DNA of 38,866 bases from Candidatus Aminicenantales bacterium (GCA_049512315.1 JBEKXF010000005.1:124001-162866); one strand, 5' to 3'. Positions 11,231-21,121 are shown, numbered from the stretch's first letter. The notes: generated from the letters alone by a model not told the origin. A program made the numbers and translations.

Positions 11231-14095
11231 ATGAAAACGACCAACAGTCTTCAGGAAGCTAAGCGCTTCATCGAGACCTTGTTTTCCCACTACTTCAAGG
11301 ATCACGACGGCTACGTCGAAGTTCGCCTTATAAAGGAAGACGAAGGCGTCCGGTCCGTCTGGCTCAGGAAGGGAAAGATCTCCGAGGGACAGTGGCAAGA
11401 GATCTGCCAACTCAACAGCGATGGCTGGCACGTTTACGTTGGAGTGGCTCCTCGTCCGCTCTCCCAAGCCAAAAAGCAGGACGACATCGAGCAAATTGGC
11501 TGCCTATGGACAGACCTGGATGGAAAAGACTTCGAGGGAGGCAAAGACGAGGCTCTGAAGCGAATCGAGACTTTTGCCATCACTCCATCCGTCATCGTCG
11601 ACTCGGGACATGGTTATCATGCCTATTGGATCCTGACGTCTCCCGTCGCCATCGCCACTGAAGAGGACAGGCTCAGCGTCAAACGCTATCTTTCAGGCAT
11701 CGTCAAGGCACTTGGAGGCGACCGCAGCAAGCTGAACTTGGACGCATGCCTGAGGCTGCCAGAGACCAAAAACGTCAAGGACGCAGAGCCGATCGACTGC
11801 CATATTGTCAATTTCTCGAGTCTGGTTTATTCACTGGATTCTTTTGACCATCTGAAAGACACAGACTTTGAAGAGATCGCAGTAGATGATGAAGAGTTGC
11901 CGCCTTTCGGGACGAAAACCGCGGTCATCAAAATCACGAAGACGGACGAAAACGAGGCCAAAGCAGAGGCCCAGGCGCAGATCGAAAAACTCGAAATCCC
12001 CGCCCAAACAAAGCGCTTTATAGTCAGCGGAGCGCTGCCTCAAGGCAAAGACGTGGACCGCACAGCATCGGGAAGAGATTTCCGCATCATTTGCTCGCTG
12101 ATATTCTGCGGCTACAATTACGCCACGATACAGAGCGTCTTCTTCAATCCGCATTTGGGGTGCTCGTCCAGGATCCGCAGGAGAGGCGAAGCAATATTGA
12201 AATGGGACGTTAAGAAGGCCCTTAAGCAGACGCCGCAGCAATTGGGCGAGGAGACGCCGCAGGGCCTTGCCGTTGATTCGATCAGGCTGGCGAAACTCAC
12301 AGCGGCACAGAAAAAGAAAGCGCTAGGCAGTTATATCGTCAACGACATTCTTCTGAATCCCGATGCCGCAGGGCAAGGCTTCCGCGACGTCACGAATGAA
12401 AATCGCTTTTTCTTTTTCGACAATGAAGATAAAACGCTGATGAATGTCGACAGCATCGACTTTTATTGTTACCTGCGAGGGCGCTTTGGGATATTCGATT
12501 CTGAGGTCGAGGAGTATCGCGGGCTCGTGAAAACCGTCATCAGGAACATGAAGGCGGAAGTGACACCGAGGGCATTTTCATTCTGGAACGTCGAGACGCA
12601 GACGCTCTATGTCGACAACTTCAAGAATCAAATGTATCGCCTGGACGGCGAAGAAATTCGGCCGTGCAACAACGGGACGGATGGAGTTTTCTTCGAAACG
12701 CTGCCTCTTGCGTCTCCATTTTCATTAGACGAACAATTTAAGCCTCACGAATATTTCAGGACGCCAAAGCCCGAGAAAACAGTCGTCGTAGCCGGCAGGG
12801 AAATGAAATTCCCTAGCGGTTATAAGTGGGGGCTGGACCTCGAGGCGCTTTATTCGGAGGAAAGCCTCATTAAGAAATTCGTGATCGACAGGGCGCCCTT
12901 CGAGACAAGCAGCGAGAATCCGCTCCTCCCAGGCATGCAGGAACTGCTTCTCGTCATCTATTTCTATTCGCTGTTTTTTGAGTCGCAAATGACGCACAAG
13001 CCCATTGCTGTTTTCATCGGCATCCGTGAAAGCGGGAAGAGCACCCTCTCATCCTCACTGGGCAAAATCATTTTCGGACCTTCTTTCGCCACGTCTACCA
13101 TGCCGAAATCCGCCCACGACCTGGCTGTCGTGCTCAACAAGGCGCCTTATCTCGTGATCGACAACGTAGACGAGGAGCCGAAAGGCGAAATGCTGGACAC
13201 GCTCGCCGCCGTTGCCACGGGCTCAGGAAGCGCAAATAGGGAATTGTACACGAGCCTCAACGTGGCGGCCTTCGTCCCGCATTCGTTCATCGCCATCACT
13301 ACGAGAAGCATTCCTTTCACGAGGGATGACATTGTGAGCCGGCTTCTGCCGTTCACCCTGCGCCACTTGGAAGGCGGCGAGATGATCCCACCTTCTTTCT
13401 TGATCGAGACGATGATGGCGAACAGAAATAAGATTTGGGCGGAGATAATCGCCAACCTCGGCGTCATTGTCAAAATCCTGAGAGCCAACAAGCGCCTCCA
13501 AGCCGCACAGGGCAGCGACTATAAGCCCTTGAGGTGCGAGACGCGCCTGGCCGACTGGGAAACATTCGGCTGGCACGTCACCAATTTCAAGACTAGGCTG
13601 TTTTTCGAGTGGGCCACGCAGAAAACAACCAAAAGGAAGGTCGGCATTGCGCTTGAAGGCTCCCGCTTTTGGGAAGTCTTGATATCCTCTCTCGAGAGCG
13701 GCGCCATGTTCCGTAACGTGGCTCCGCAAGACCTTTACAACCGCATGTGCGATGCGGCATGGAAAATGGGGATAAAGGATTTTCAGATAAAATACACGAG
13801 CCAAAAAGCCATGATGAGGCACGTTGCCCACATTGCCTCGCTCATCAGGGAAGAAATTGATTTCCCCGAGCCGATCGAGCGCGGCGCAAGAAAGAAATTC
13901 TACACGTTCAAACTGAAGGACGACAACCGTCCCGACTCTGAAGCACTTGAAACCATGGGCACCGACGAAGAAAAGGCTTTCGGACCGACTCTTACAAAGG
14001 AAGAAGCCGAAAAAATAGCCAAAATGGTCAAGGCCCGAGAGAATGCCCGGAAGGGGGCTCAGAAAAAGGCTGCGGAGGGCGGCATTGAACAATAA
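11231..14095 (+). CDS. RepB'-type AEP primase fused to a P-loop (SF3-like) helicase
   Basis: AEP motifs VYVGVAPR, LWTDLD, PSVIVDSGHGYHAYW, CLRLPETKN; helical domain SGRDF...; Walker A GIRESGKST; Walker B YLVIDNVD. Confidence 0.88.
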   Translation: MKTTNSLQEAKRFIETLFSHYFKDHDGYVEVRLIKEDEGVRSVWLRKGKISEGQWQEICQLNSDGWHVYVGVAPRPLSQAKKQDDIEQIGCLWTDLDGKDFEGGKDEALKRIETFAITPSVIVDSGHGYHAYWILTSPVAIATEEDRLSVKRYLSGIVKALGGDRSKLNLDACLRLPETKNVKDAEPIDCHIVNFSSLVYSLDSFDHLKDTDFEEIAVDDEELPPFGTKTAVIKITKTDENEAKAEAQAQIEKLEIPAQTKRFIVSGALPQGKDVDRTASGRDFRIICSLIFCGYNYATIQSVFFNPHLGCSSRIRRRGEAILKWDVKKALKQTPQQLGEETPQGLAVDSIRLAKLTAAQKKKALGSYIVNDILLNPDAAGQGFRDVTNENRFFFFDNEDKTLMNVDSIDFYCYLRGRFGIFDSEVEEYRGLVKTVIRNMKAEVTPRAFSFWNVETQTLYVDNFKNQMYRLDGEEIRPCNNGTDGVFFETLPLASPFSLDEQFKPHEYFRTPKPEKTVVVAGREMKFPSGYKWGLDLEALYSEESLIKKFVIDRAPFETSSENPLLPGMQELLLVIYFYSLFFESQMTHKPIAVFIGIRESGKSTLSSSLGKIIFGPSFATSTMPKSAHDLAVVLNKAPYLVIDNVDEEPKGEMLDTLAAVATGSGSANRELYTSLNVAAFVPHSFIAITTRSIPFTRDDIVSRLLPFTLRHLEGGEMIPPSFLIETMMANRNKIWAEIIANLGVIVKILRANKRLQAAQGSDYKPLRCETRLADWETFGWHVTNFKTRLFFEWATQKTTKRKVGIALEGSRFWEVLISSLESGAMFRNVAPQDLYNRMCDAAWKMGIKDFQIKYTSQKAMMRHVAHIASLIREEIDFPEPIERGARKKFYTFKLKDDNRPDSEALETMGTDEEKAFGPTLTKEEAEKIAKMVKARENARKGAQKKAAEGGIEQ

Positions 14096-14248
14096 GCGCG
14101 GCAACGCTTATCTGCATCCAATTGAACCTGGCAGCACGGGCGGCGCCCTTCTATAGGGCTGCAACCAGGCACTGCGCGCAGAGCGCTCCGCGATTGGGGT
14201 GCAGGGCGCTTCCTTTCCAACGTCCAGCAAACCAGCTTCTCACTTAGC

Positions 14249-14447
14249 CAAAGGGCGTGCATATTGTGAGTGTCGTGAGCATTTTTCGAAGACTCCCTGC
14301 GAAGTAGCACACAAAATCGTCTCAAAGGGTGTGCATGTTGTGAGTTGAAACACGGACTTTCCTACCTCTTTCTCGAAAGTAGCAGTAAGAATACTATTTA
14401 TGCGAGAGAACTTCTAAAAAATCGTCATTGCATTCACAACACTCACA
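14249..14447. repeat. Direct plus inverted repeat cluster, putative replication origin
   Basis: CAAAGGGYGTGCATRTTGTGAGT at 14249-14271 and 14323-14345 (21/23 identical); inverted TGTGAGTGT.GTGA copy at 14431-14447. Confidence 0.6.
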
Positions 14448-14590
14448 GCCGTCGCCATCCCATCGACGCCGCATGCGCCGCTCTTAGGGAAGGTCAAAGC
14501 TCTTCAACACAAGGGGGAAAGGAAACGAAATAAAAGGCAGAAGGGCCATAGGAAGGAAAATCCGTCTAAGTAATAAAGCATTAATCGCAA

Positions 14591-14622
14591 GAAGGGCGCC
14601 GCGTCCCATCGCGGCGCCCTTC
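14591..14622. other. Perfect 13-bp GC hairpin (terminator or priming signal)
   Basis: GAAGGGCGCCGCG-tcccat-CGCGGCGCCCTTC. Confidence 0.55.
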
Positions 14623-14932
14623 GGCGTCATCAAAACGCCCGCATCTGCCTGCTTTCTGTCGAGAAATATAGGTGCAAATCATCCTGACGACCTGCGACGA
14701 AATCGCAACTGGAAAGGACCAGCCCGCAGCCCGTTCATCCTGTCGGACTAGCCCCATCGGTCACGAATCGGACGCGGGCCAACTTCATCGAGCGCCCAAC
14801 TCTTCGTCCGCCAGTAGGCCGCCCACAAGACCTGTTTTGCCGGCGGCCAGTCAGCAGCCGGTCGGGCCGGGCGCCGGCTTGAACATTCGGGTTCAAACGG
14901 GCTGGCCCCGTGTGATAAAATTGAATTCGAAA

Positions 14933-15415
14933 ATGCGACGCTGTGTATGGTGTGGACATAAGGGCATTTTCCTTAGGGTTGACAGCAACAACCTCTGTCC
15001 GTCATGTCAGGAGAAGGTCTATCCAGACATCAAGGCAAGAACCGAGTTTGTTCTTCATTGTTATAAACGCCTTAAAGAAACCGAAGTTCCAAAAGTCAAG
15101 CTCTCGCTCGCCAACATCCTACTGGCCGAAATCGACAAGCTACGCAAGTATGAAGCGAAGCATATCCCGGTCCCAGACCTTGATATTGACCTGCGCGGCG
15201 TCTTTGCGAACACCAAAGATGCTTCTTCATTGGTCGAGATAAAAGTCGATGCACATAGAGAGGAGGGCGAGGAATTAAAAACTGCGATGGACGAATACAA
15301 TAAGAAATATGGAAAGTTGCCAGACGAAATCTACTCTCCTTCGATGGGGACAAAAAACATTGCAGGCTACTTGAAGAGGCTCATGGAAGAGCATGAAAGA
15401 CAGAGGAAAACCTAA
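14933..15415 (+). CDS. Hypothetical protein with N-terminal zinc ribbon
   Basis: MRRCVWC...LCPSC (CxxC...CxxC); start reset from the longer ORF in the track. Confidence 0.7.
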   Translation: MRRCVWCGHKGIFLRVDSNNLCPSCQEKVYPDIKARTEFVLHCYKRLKETEVPKVKLSLANILLAEIDKLRKYEAKHIPVPDLDIDLRGVFANTKDASSLVEIKVDAHREEGEELKTAMDEYNKKYGKLPDEIYSPSMGTKNIAGYLKRLMEEHERQRKT

Positions 15416-15451
15416 ATAAATAGGAGACGCAAGATGTCAGCATGGTTAGCC

Positions 15452-15832
15452 TCAATCATTGGAACTGGTGTCGGCGCTCTCTTCATGTTTCTTCAGCAGT
15501 TTTGGTCCTCTCGCGCCTCGCTGTAAGAATATCGTCGTCTCACCGCCAATTCCAATCTTGTTCACAAACGTGCGGTCTTGTACTAACTTATATTGCTCAG
15601 GGCCTGAAAGAGGCGCGGTCCCGTATTTTATTCGTAGGTCCTCTGCGGGATGCCCTCCTGAATTCCTTAAGCCAATGAAGATCTCAGAACTTGAATATCC
15701 AAGCGTGCCGGGCATGAGCATCGGCCTCTCAGTTTTCTTATGGAGCCACCTTGTCCGAAAGAATACAAAGATCGAGAAAAGGATGGCCACAACAGCTGCA
15801 ACCGCTGAGACAAGAGGGGCATGGTCGGTCAT
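15452..15832 (-). CDS. Hypothetical protein with N-terminal TM helix
   Basis: VSAVAAVVAILFSIFVFF followed by a beta-rich region; may be C-terminally truncated. Confidence 0.55.
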   Translation of the reverse strand: MTDHAPLVSAVAAVVAILFSIFVFFRTRWLHKKTERPMLMPGTLGYSSSEIFIGLRNSGGHPAEDLRIKYGTAPLSGPEQYKLVQDRTFVNKIGIGGETTIFLQRGARGPKLLKKHEESADTSSND

Positions 15833-15863
15833 GTATTTTGGAATCTCACCCAATTGCTCGCTC

Positions 15864-16202
15864 CTAATGCAGTTTCCGGCTATGAAATGTAACAATCAAA
15901 CCGCTTGCCAACATAACGACTATTATGATTGGAAACAAGAGTCGCAACCAATCCAACCCAGCCTCAAACGAAACCAGAGCAGTAATTTCCGCATCTGTCA
16001 GAACACTTGGAGCTTGCGGCGCACTTAACCAGATTAGCCGATAAGGGCCTGGTTTATAGCCCGTCACATTTTCGCCCGACCTGGCCGGATACATCAAGTG
16101 GAAACGCCACGGCGGAAACAAGCACATCAACACGATAATCCCGATTGCCCCCCACATCACGATGAGCTGTTTGTGGTTCATCACTTTCTCGTTTCTCTCC
16201 AT
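15864..16202 (-). CDS. Small two-TM membrane protein
   Basis: IIVLMCLFPPW ... LDWLRLLFPIIIVVMLASGLIV. Confidence 0.65.
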   Translation of the reverse strand: MERNEKVMNHKQLIVMWGAIGIIVLMCLFPPWRFHLMYPARSGENVTGYKPGPYRLIWLSAPQAPSVLTDAEITALVSFEAGLDWLRLLFPIIIVVMLASGLIVTFHSRKLH

Positions 16203-16262
16203 GGTAACTTGCTCGGCATCTTAACCGATAAGTAGCCAATTGCTTTTCGCAAAGATAAAAGA

Positions 16263-16970
16263 TCATTCATCAGAGATTGCATAAAAAAACGTCAATACTC
16301 GGCTCGGAGGAAGAGCATCCTCTCTTATAGATATCTTAATGATCCTCGTGGGATTAAGGCGATAGATTCCCAGGAAATGGATTCTTGCTTTATCATTCGC
16401 GCGGGATTCTACGTCGCTCGTATCGATGGCACCAGAAATATACTTGGCCACCTGATCCTCGTATCGAGGACTTACTGTAGCGATAATCAATCTGATTCCT
16501 GAATTAGCTCCAACTACTCCTACGGAAACGCTAATAATAGACGGGTTTTTGAGTTGAGTAATGTAGTCATAGGATGTAATCTCGTCTTGTGTCCGCGAGG
16601 TAGCAAATCGAAATCCTCGTTGCTCTAAGTATTTTTGAGCGAAGCTAAGGTCCTTTTCGGCCAAATTAATTGCGTCGTCTAACATAAAAAGATCTTCAAG
16701 TTCCTTATACAACTGCCCTGAAATTGTAACAGATTGTTCTAACTGCTCCTTGGTAAGCGCTTTCTTAGCGGGCCTGGATGTAAGTTCAAAATACGGCCAG
16801 GCAAGTGCTTTTGCTGTCGAGATGATGTCACCGAAGAAAAGCCATTTAACAAAGCCGTTGGCTTTCGCATACTTCCAATTGTAATAGGGCATGAAAAATA
16901 TTAGAGACGCGACGTATAGACTAAGTATTGTTCCTAACAAGCTTCTTATAATAGCTCGCAACCGTTTCAT
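16263..16970 (-). CDS. Hypothetical membrane-anchored protein
   Basis: 235-aa AT-rich ORF with an N-terminal TM segment and a WKYAKANGFVKWLFFG...LAWPYF motif. Confidence 0.7.
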   Translation of the reverse strand: MKRLRAIIRSLLGTILSLYVASLIFFMPYYNWKYAKANGFVKWLFFGDIISTAKALAWPYFELTSRPAKKALTKEQLEQSVTISGQLYKELEDLFMLDDAINLAEKDLSFAQKYLEQRGFRFATSRTQDEITSYDYITQLKNPSIISVSVGVVGANSGIRLIIATVSPRYEDQVAKYISGAIDTSDVESRANDKARIHFLGIYRLNPTRIIKISIREDALPPSRVLTFFYAISDE

Positions 16971-16979
16971 TCGACCATC

Positions 16980-17399
16980 TTATTTGACTAAGTTAATTGC
17001 GGCGAAAATCAAGAACAGAACTGCGCCCGCCATAAGCGTGATTCTAGTGAATCTGTCGAAGTCCTCGATCTTGTCCAGTGCCCGCGAATATTGGTCGATA
17101 ATGGGGTCCGGATCTTTTTCCCTAATTGCTTTCCCCGCCTGTGCTCTTAAAATATATAGGATGGAGTTTGCTACTAGAGGCATTGCTGATACTGCAGCTA
17201 TAAGACAGCACGTTATGCTGAGAAGCGACAGGATTAATAAGCATACAATTTTCGTATTGGGGAAAAACACTTTGCTTAAGGCCACAATTATGCCAAGAGA
17301 GCTGGCGCTTATCGTACTCAGATGCTTGAAATACTCGAATTGAAGACGTTGAATATCTTTGAACTTCTCCAATAGCTCGAATCCTGCCCTTTCTTCCAT
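16980..17399 (-). CDS. Three-TM membrane protein
   Basis: AAGGAG SD; FEYFKHLSTISASSLGIIVAL plus two further hydrophobic helices. Confidence 0.7.
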   Translation of the reverse strand: MEERAGFELLEKFKDIQRLQFEYFKHLSTISASSLGIIVALSKVFFPNTKIVCLLILSLLSITCCLIAAVSAMPLVANSILYILRAQAGKAIREKDPDPIIDQYSRALDKIEDFDRFTRITLMAGAVLFLIFAAINLVK

Positions 17400-17533
17400 T
17401 TTTTTCACTCCTTGGGAGCGCTTGGGATAACTTCCCACGTTTATTCAGGCATTCGCACTCCCCCTCGTAGGAATCCTACGACGACGGCAGGGGGATTGTC
17501 AATTTCTTACCATATGCGAGGGGTTGGGGCCTT

Positions 17534-17612
17534 GTCGGGCCTGGACTTGGGCGCTCCCCGTTCAAGCAAAAGACGCCGAAGCGGATGTTGGCCTCAAAGG
17601 GATAGACGCAGG
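17534..17612 (+). repeat. 79-bp intergenic repeat, copy 1
   Basis: Ungapped match to 18887-18965 (64/79 by hand count). Confidence 0.85.
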
Positions 17613-17631
17613 GAAGGGCGGGGTTTTCTCA

Positions 17632-17660
17632 TTGACAGTGATGTGACGCGCGTTCATAAT
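17632..17660 (+). promoter_or_regulatory. Sigma70-type promoter
   Basis: TTGACA-17 bp-CATAAT, followed by a GGAGG SD. Confidence 0.7.
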
Positions 17661-17677
17661 CGACCCCGGGGAGGGGT

Positions 17678-18055
17678 ATGATGGACAAAGAAACCGATTC
17701 GGCGTTGGATGCGAAGGTCAGGGAATTCAAAGAAGGGCAATGGAAGGCGGTTTATGGGCATTTCGCATCAAAGGTCGAGGCTACTGGCAAGAGAATCGTT
17801 CCAACAGAAGGCCCTGAAGAATGTGGTTTTGAAATCTACAATCTCAACAAACTGCTGTTTAGAGTATCTTTGGGGTTCAGGCGATATTGGCCAAACAAGG
17901 AACATGATTACTGGCACCTCGGTGTAACGATGGTTACAGGCCCGCAGGACAATCTGACGCGGGAAAACCCATTCTCAAAGCAGGACGTCAATCTGGTTCC
18001 AGCGAAAGAAATCGTCGACCGTATCGACAATATACTGCGGTCCCGGGGGTTATGA
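17678..18055 (+). CDS. Hypothetical protein
   Basis: 125-aa ORF with its own promoter and SD. Confidence 0.7.
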   Translation: MMDKETDSALDAKVREFKEGQWKAVYGHFASKVEATGKRIVPTEGPEECGFEIYNLNKLLFRVSLGFRRYWPNKEHDYWHLGVTMVTGPQDNLTRENPFSKQDVNLVPAKEIVDRIDNILRSRGL

Positions 18056-18212
18056 TGGCGGGCAACTCGTCCAGCTCGTGAAGGAAACGGGCTGACACAC
18101 AAAACAACATGACGCTCTTCAGGCGCGAGAGCCGGCCAGGCCCTGCTAAAAAGGCGGAGGATAATGCGCACCGCCGGGTAACGGGTTCACCATGGAGAGA
18201 GGAGGGCAAGGG

Positions 18213-18869
18213 ATGCGATTTCACTTAAGACTGCGGTTCGGGACCACCGCCATTTGCGTAATCATCATGATCAGCACGGGATTCGTTTTTTCCCAAACTC
18301 TCCATTTCGTCAATCGCATGCCATGGGAAGGAAAACCCACGACTCCGGAGGCGCTCAAGCAAAAGATCATACAGATCGCGGAACAATACAAGCAATTTGC
18401 CCCTGTTCCGAGGGTGGGATTCGTGGATATCGCCTTCCCGCGGGATGAGAGCGAAGCGAACAGCTTGGGAGGATACGCCGTGCTCTTGGTCACGGCAATC
18501 TGCCAGGATCGAGCCGAGCTGCCCTTGCGCTACGTCCGCGTCGAGGCGGCCGGGCAGAGCCGGGTGCTGGAATTCCTTGGCGCGGTCTCTTCGACGGTTG
18601 CCGACGATGGGACCGCCGTCGCGTCCACGTTCGGCCGGAATCAAGTCGATGCGTTATACCTTCTGCCGATTTATGCGGCGAACGAGAAGGGCATTATCAC
18701 CGCGGACTTTGCCGCTAACCGGAACGGATTCAGACTCTATGAGCTGTCAGTCCCGAAAGACGAGTACGCTCGAAAGATCAAGCAGTGGCCCCCTCAGGAA
18801 ATAAGGCCTGATGCGACCGCGCTTAAAGAATTCATTAAGCGCGAATACCCCGGCTTTCTAGCCGATTAG
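18213..18869 (+). CDS. Secreted hypothetical protein
   Basis: GGAGG SD; signal-peptide-like N-terminus. Confidence 0.72.
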   Translation: MRFHLRLRFGTTAICVIIMISTGFVFSQTLHFVNRMPWEGKPTTPEALKQKIIQIAEQYKQFAPVPRVGFVDIAFPRDESEANSLGGYAVLLVTAICQDRAELPLRYVRVEAAGQSRVLEFLGAVSSTVADDGTAVASTFGRNQVDALYLLPIYAANEKGIITADFAANRNGFRLYELSVPKDEYARKIKQWPPQEIRPDATALKEFIKREYPGFLAD

Positions 18870-18886
18870 ACGGCGGTGGCGGGGAG

Positions 18887-18965
18887 GCCGGGCCGGAACC
18901 CGGGCGCCCCCCAGTCAAGCGAAAGACGTCGAAGCGGATATTGGCCTCAAAGTAAAAGACGAAGG
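18887..18965 (+). repeat. 79-bp intergenic repeat, copy 2
   Basis: Ungapped match to 17534-17612. Confidence 0.85.
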
Positions 18966-19024
18966 CCGACTATAAAAGTCTCATTCTAAAAGAAAGTGAA
19001 ACATGATTTGGCGTGTGCTATATT

Positions 19025-19981
19025 ATGGACAATAGACAGGTGAAAAAACTCGACCAAATCTTCGATGTCTTTTCTCGCCGGGGGAAACCAGACCAACCCT
19101 TTGGCTATATCCTCCCTTCCACCTTCAGAAACAGGGTCCTTATGCTCTGCCGCGACACATTCTCCAACAAATATAATCCTCATTCTAGTGACGACTATAC
19201 TGGCGCATTTTGGGACGATATTTATCAAAAGCTGACTTATCGGCACGGGCGCCCTCAATTGACTCTGGTTGCGTCGTTTATAAGAAAAGAAATTGATGCG
19301 GCTAATTTCCTGACTACCTGCAAAGGGGAAGAGTTCTTAGATTTCGTCGAATACATTTTTCAAGTGGAATGTCTTTCCCGCGTAACCTATGATGAAAATA
19401 CGCTTATTGAACAAATCAACCAGTTCTTCGCTTTGGACGGTTTGGGATATGAGCTGACAGGGTTTGTGAAAGAGGAACGAGAAGAATATATTTTCAATCG
19501 CCCACAAAAGGTAACCGTCATCGTCCGCTACCCGCAAGTAATTAAAAAGGACGACCAGGTGATTCACGAAATGGCAATAAAGCCCGCCCTCCAGTTTTTA
19601 AGCGACCCGGCATTTAAGTCCGCCAACCTCGAATACTTGGACGCCCTTAAACACTATCGAGACGGCAATTGGGGCGACTGCCTGACAATGTGCGGCAGTT
19701 CTTTTGAGAGCGTGATGAAAATCATCTGCGATAAGAAAGGATGGCCTTATTCTCCAGGAGATACAGCGGACCCACTAATTGAGACGATTGCCGCGAAGGC
19801 CGGGTTGGCTGGCCACTTTAAGGAACACCTCAAGTCGATTGCCACACTAAGGAACAAATACAGCACAGCTCACGGGGCCGGAGTTCACCCCAAGAAGGTT
19901 ACTCCAAGCATCGCACTTTTTGGTTTGAACCTGACTGCGTCGGCGATTCTGTTCCTGTCGAAAGAAGTAGGTCTTAGCTAA
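19025..19981 (+). CDS. Abortive-infection-like protein (AbiJ-type N-domain + Abi_C/HEPN)
   Basis: N-terminal FSRR...LPSTFRNRV; C-terminal ALKHYRDGNWGDCL..C..SFESVMKII and LRNKYSTAHG (HEPN Rx4-6H). Confidence 0.75.
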   Translation: MDNRQVKKLDQIFDVFSRRGKPDQPFGYILPSTFRNRVLMLCRDTFSNKYNPHSSDDYTGAFWDDIYQKLTYRHGRPQLTLVASFIRKEIDAANFLTTCKGEEFLDFVEYIFQVECLSRVTYDENTLIEQINQFFALDGLGYELTGFVKEEREEYIFNRPQKVTVIVRYPQVIKKDDQVIHEMAIKPALQFLSDPAFKSANLEYLDALKHYRDGNWGDCLTMCGSSFESVMKIICDKKGWPYSPGDTADPLIETIAAKAGLAGHFKEHLKSIATLRNKYSTAHGAGVHPKKVTPSIALFGLNLTASAILFLSKEVGLS

Positions 19982-20288
19982 ATAGCCCGGCAACACCTTA
20001 TGCAGAATAGAACACCCTTTGCAGGATAGGAACAACCGGGAGCGAACCCGCCGCCAGCGAAACCGATCTTCTTGGGGGAGTAACCCTTCCCATATCCCTT
20101 TTCTTGGGCCCATGGGGCCGATAGAAGCAAGAATTTGTGCGTGCTGGGAGCCCCGACCCTGACCCTGGGCGGGGCCGAATCTGTGAATCCTAGGGCCAGA
20201 GAGAGGGCCTAGACATCCATCCTATCGGGCGCAGGCCAGCCCGAGAGCGACCAGCGGGTAAGCGGAGATAACGGGGAGGGCGGTGGGA

Positions 20289-20318
20289 TTGAATTACCGC
20301 GAACGTTGGCAGTATAAT
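20289..20318 (+). promoter_or_regulatory. Sigma70-type promoter of a three-gene operon
   Basis: TTGAAT-18 bp-TATAAT, followed by an AGGAGG SD. Confidence 0.6.
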
Positions 20319-20352
20319 CATTTCATAGGTCAGCATTTAGGAGGTGTACGCG

Positions 20353-20673
20353 ATGCCGGAAGGGTCGATCAAAGCTCTGGAAAGGCGCGTAACTCGTCTT
20401 GAGGACGCAGTATATGGGAAGAAGGTAACGCCAATCCTCAAAACGAGAAGGGAGAGTTATAGTGGAGCGACCGGTGGGGTGCGTTTCCTTATCTCAAAGG
20501 ACTTTTTTAGCGAAAAAAGAAAGCTCGGGGAAGTTTGGGATGCTCTGACCAAGAATGGATACCATTGGAGCAGACAAGCAGTCGATATGGCCCTCAAGGG
20601 ACTTGCATCACGGAGGGGACCACTTACTTTGCTGAAGGAAGGTGGACGGAACGTATTTGTAAAAAGGAAATGA
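20353..20673 (+). CDS. Coiled-coil + winged-helix-like small protein
   Basis: LERRVTRLEDAV coil; FFSEKRKLGEVWDALTKNGYHWSRQAVDMALKGL...LTL...VFVK wHTH pattern. Confidence 0.7.
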   Translation: MPEGSIKALERRVTRLEDAVYGKKVTPILKTRRESYSGATGGVRFLISKDFFSEKRKLGEVWDALTKNGYHWSRQAVDMALKGLASRRGPLTLLKEGGRNVFVKRK

Positions 20674-20677
20674 ATCT

Positions 20678-21121
20678 ATGGACAAAAAAAAGGTGATTCC
20701 TTTACTTCAACAGATCAAGGCTCTTGCGGAAGAGTGTCTCACGAACCTTGAAGACTCGATGCCGTCGCAACGATTAACAAAAAAGAGGGTAATTCACGTG
20801 CAGAAACCGAAGGCACAAAGCCTTGGTTTTGACAAGCCAATACGGGCCTTTATCAAGCAGTATGCCAAGGGCATGAGCGGTCCAGCAAAGTTTGTCCTTC
20901 TGCTTAGTTACCTAGCTAAAGGGGATTCAAAGTATGAAGTTGCCTCCAAGGACATTGAGAAGCAGTGGGGCAAGATGAAGTCAGAGTCCTTATTGGGCGT
21001 CGCATTCCACCCTAGTTACCCTATGCGAGCGAAAGAAAACGATTGGGTTGATTCCAAGAAAAGAGGCCTCTTTAGCCTCCGCCCAAATTGGCAAAACATA
21101 TTCACTGAGCCCAATGGCTAG
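20678..21121 (+). CDS. Winged-helix-like hypothetical protein
   Basis: FVLLLSYL...SKDIEKQW...RAKENDWVDSKKRGLFSL pattern; operon-coupled. Confidence 0.65.
   Translation: MDKKKVIPLLQQIKALAEECLTNLEDSMPSQRLTKKRVIHVQKPKAQSLGFDKPIRAFIKQYAKGMSGPAKFVLLLSYLAKGDSKYEVASKDIEKQWGKMKSESLLGVAFHPSYPMRAKENDWVDSKKRGLFSLRPNWQNIFTEPNG

Noticed and set aside
14249..14345. Mini-CRISPR array
   Set aside because: Only two repeat copies, with no cas genes; better explained as origin iterons.
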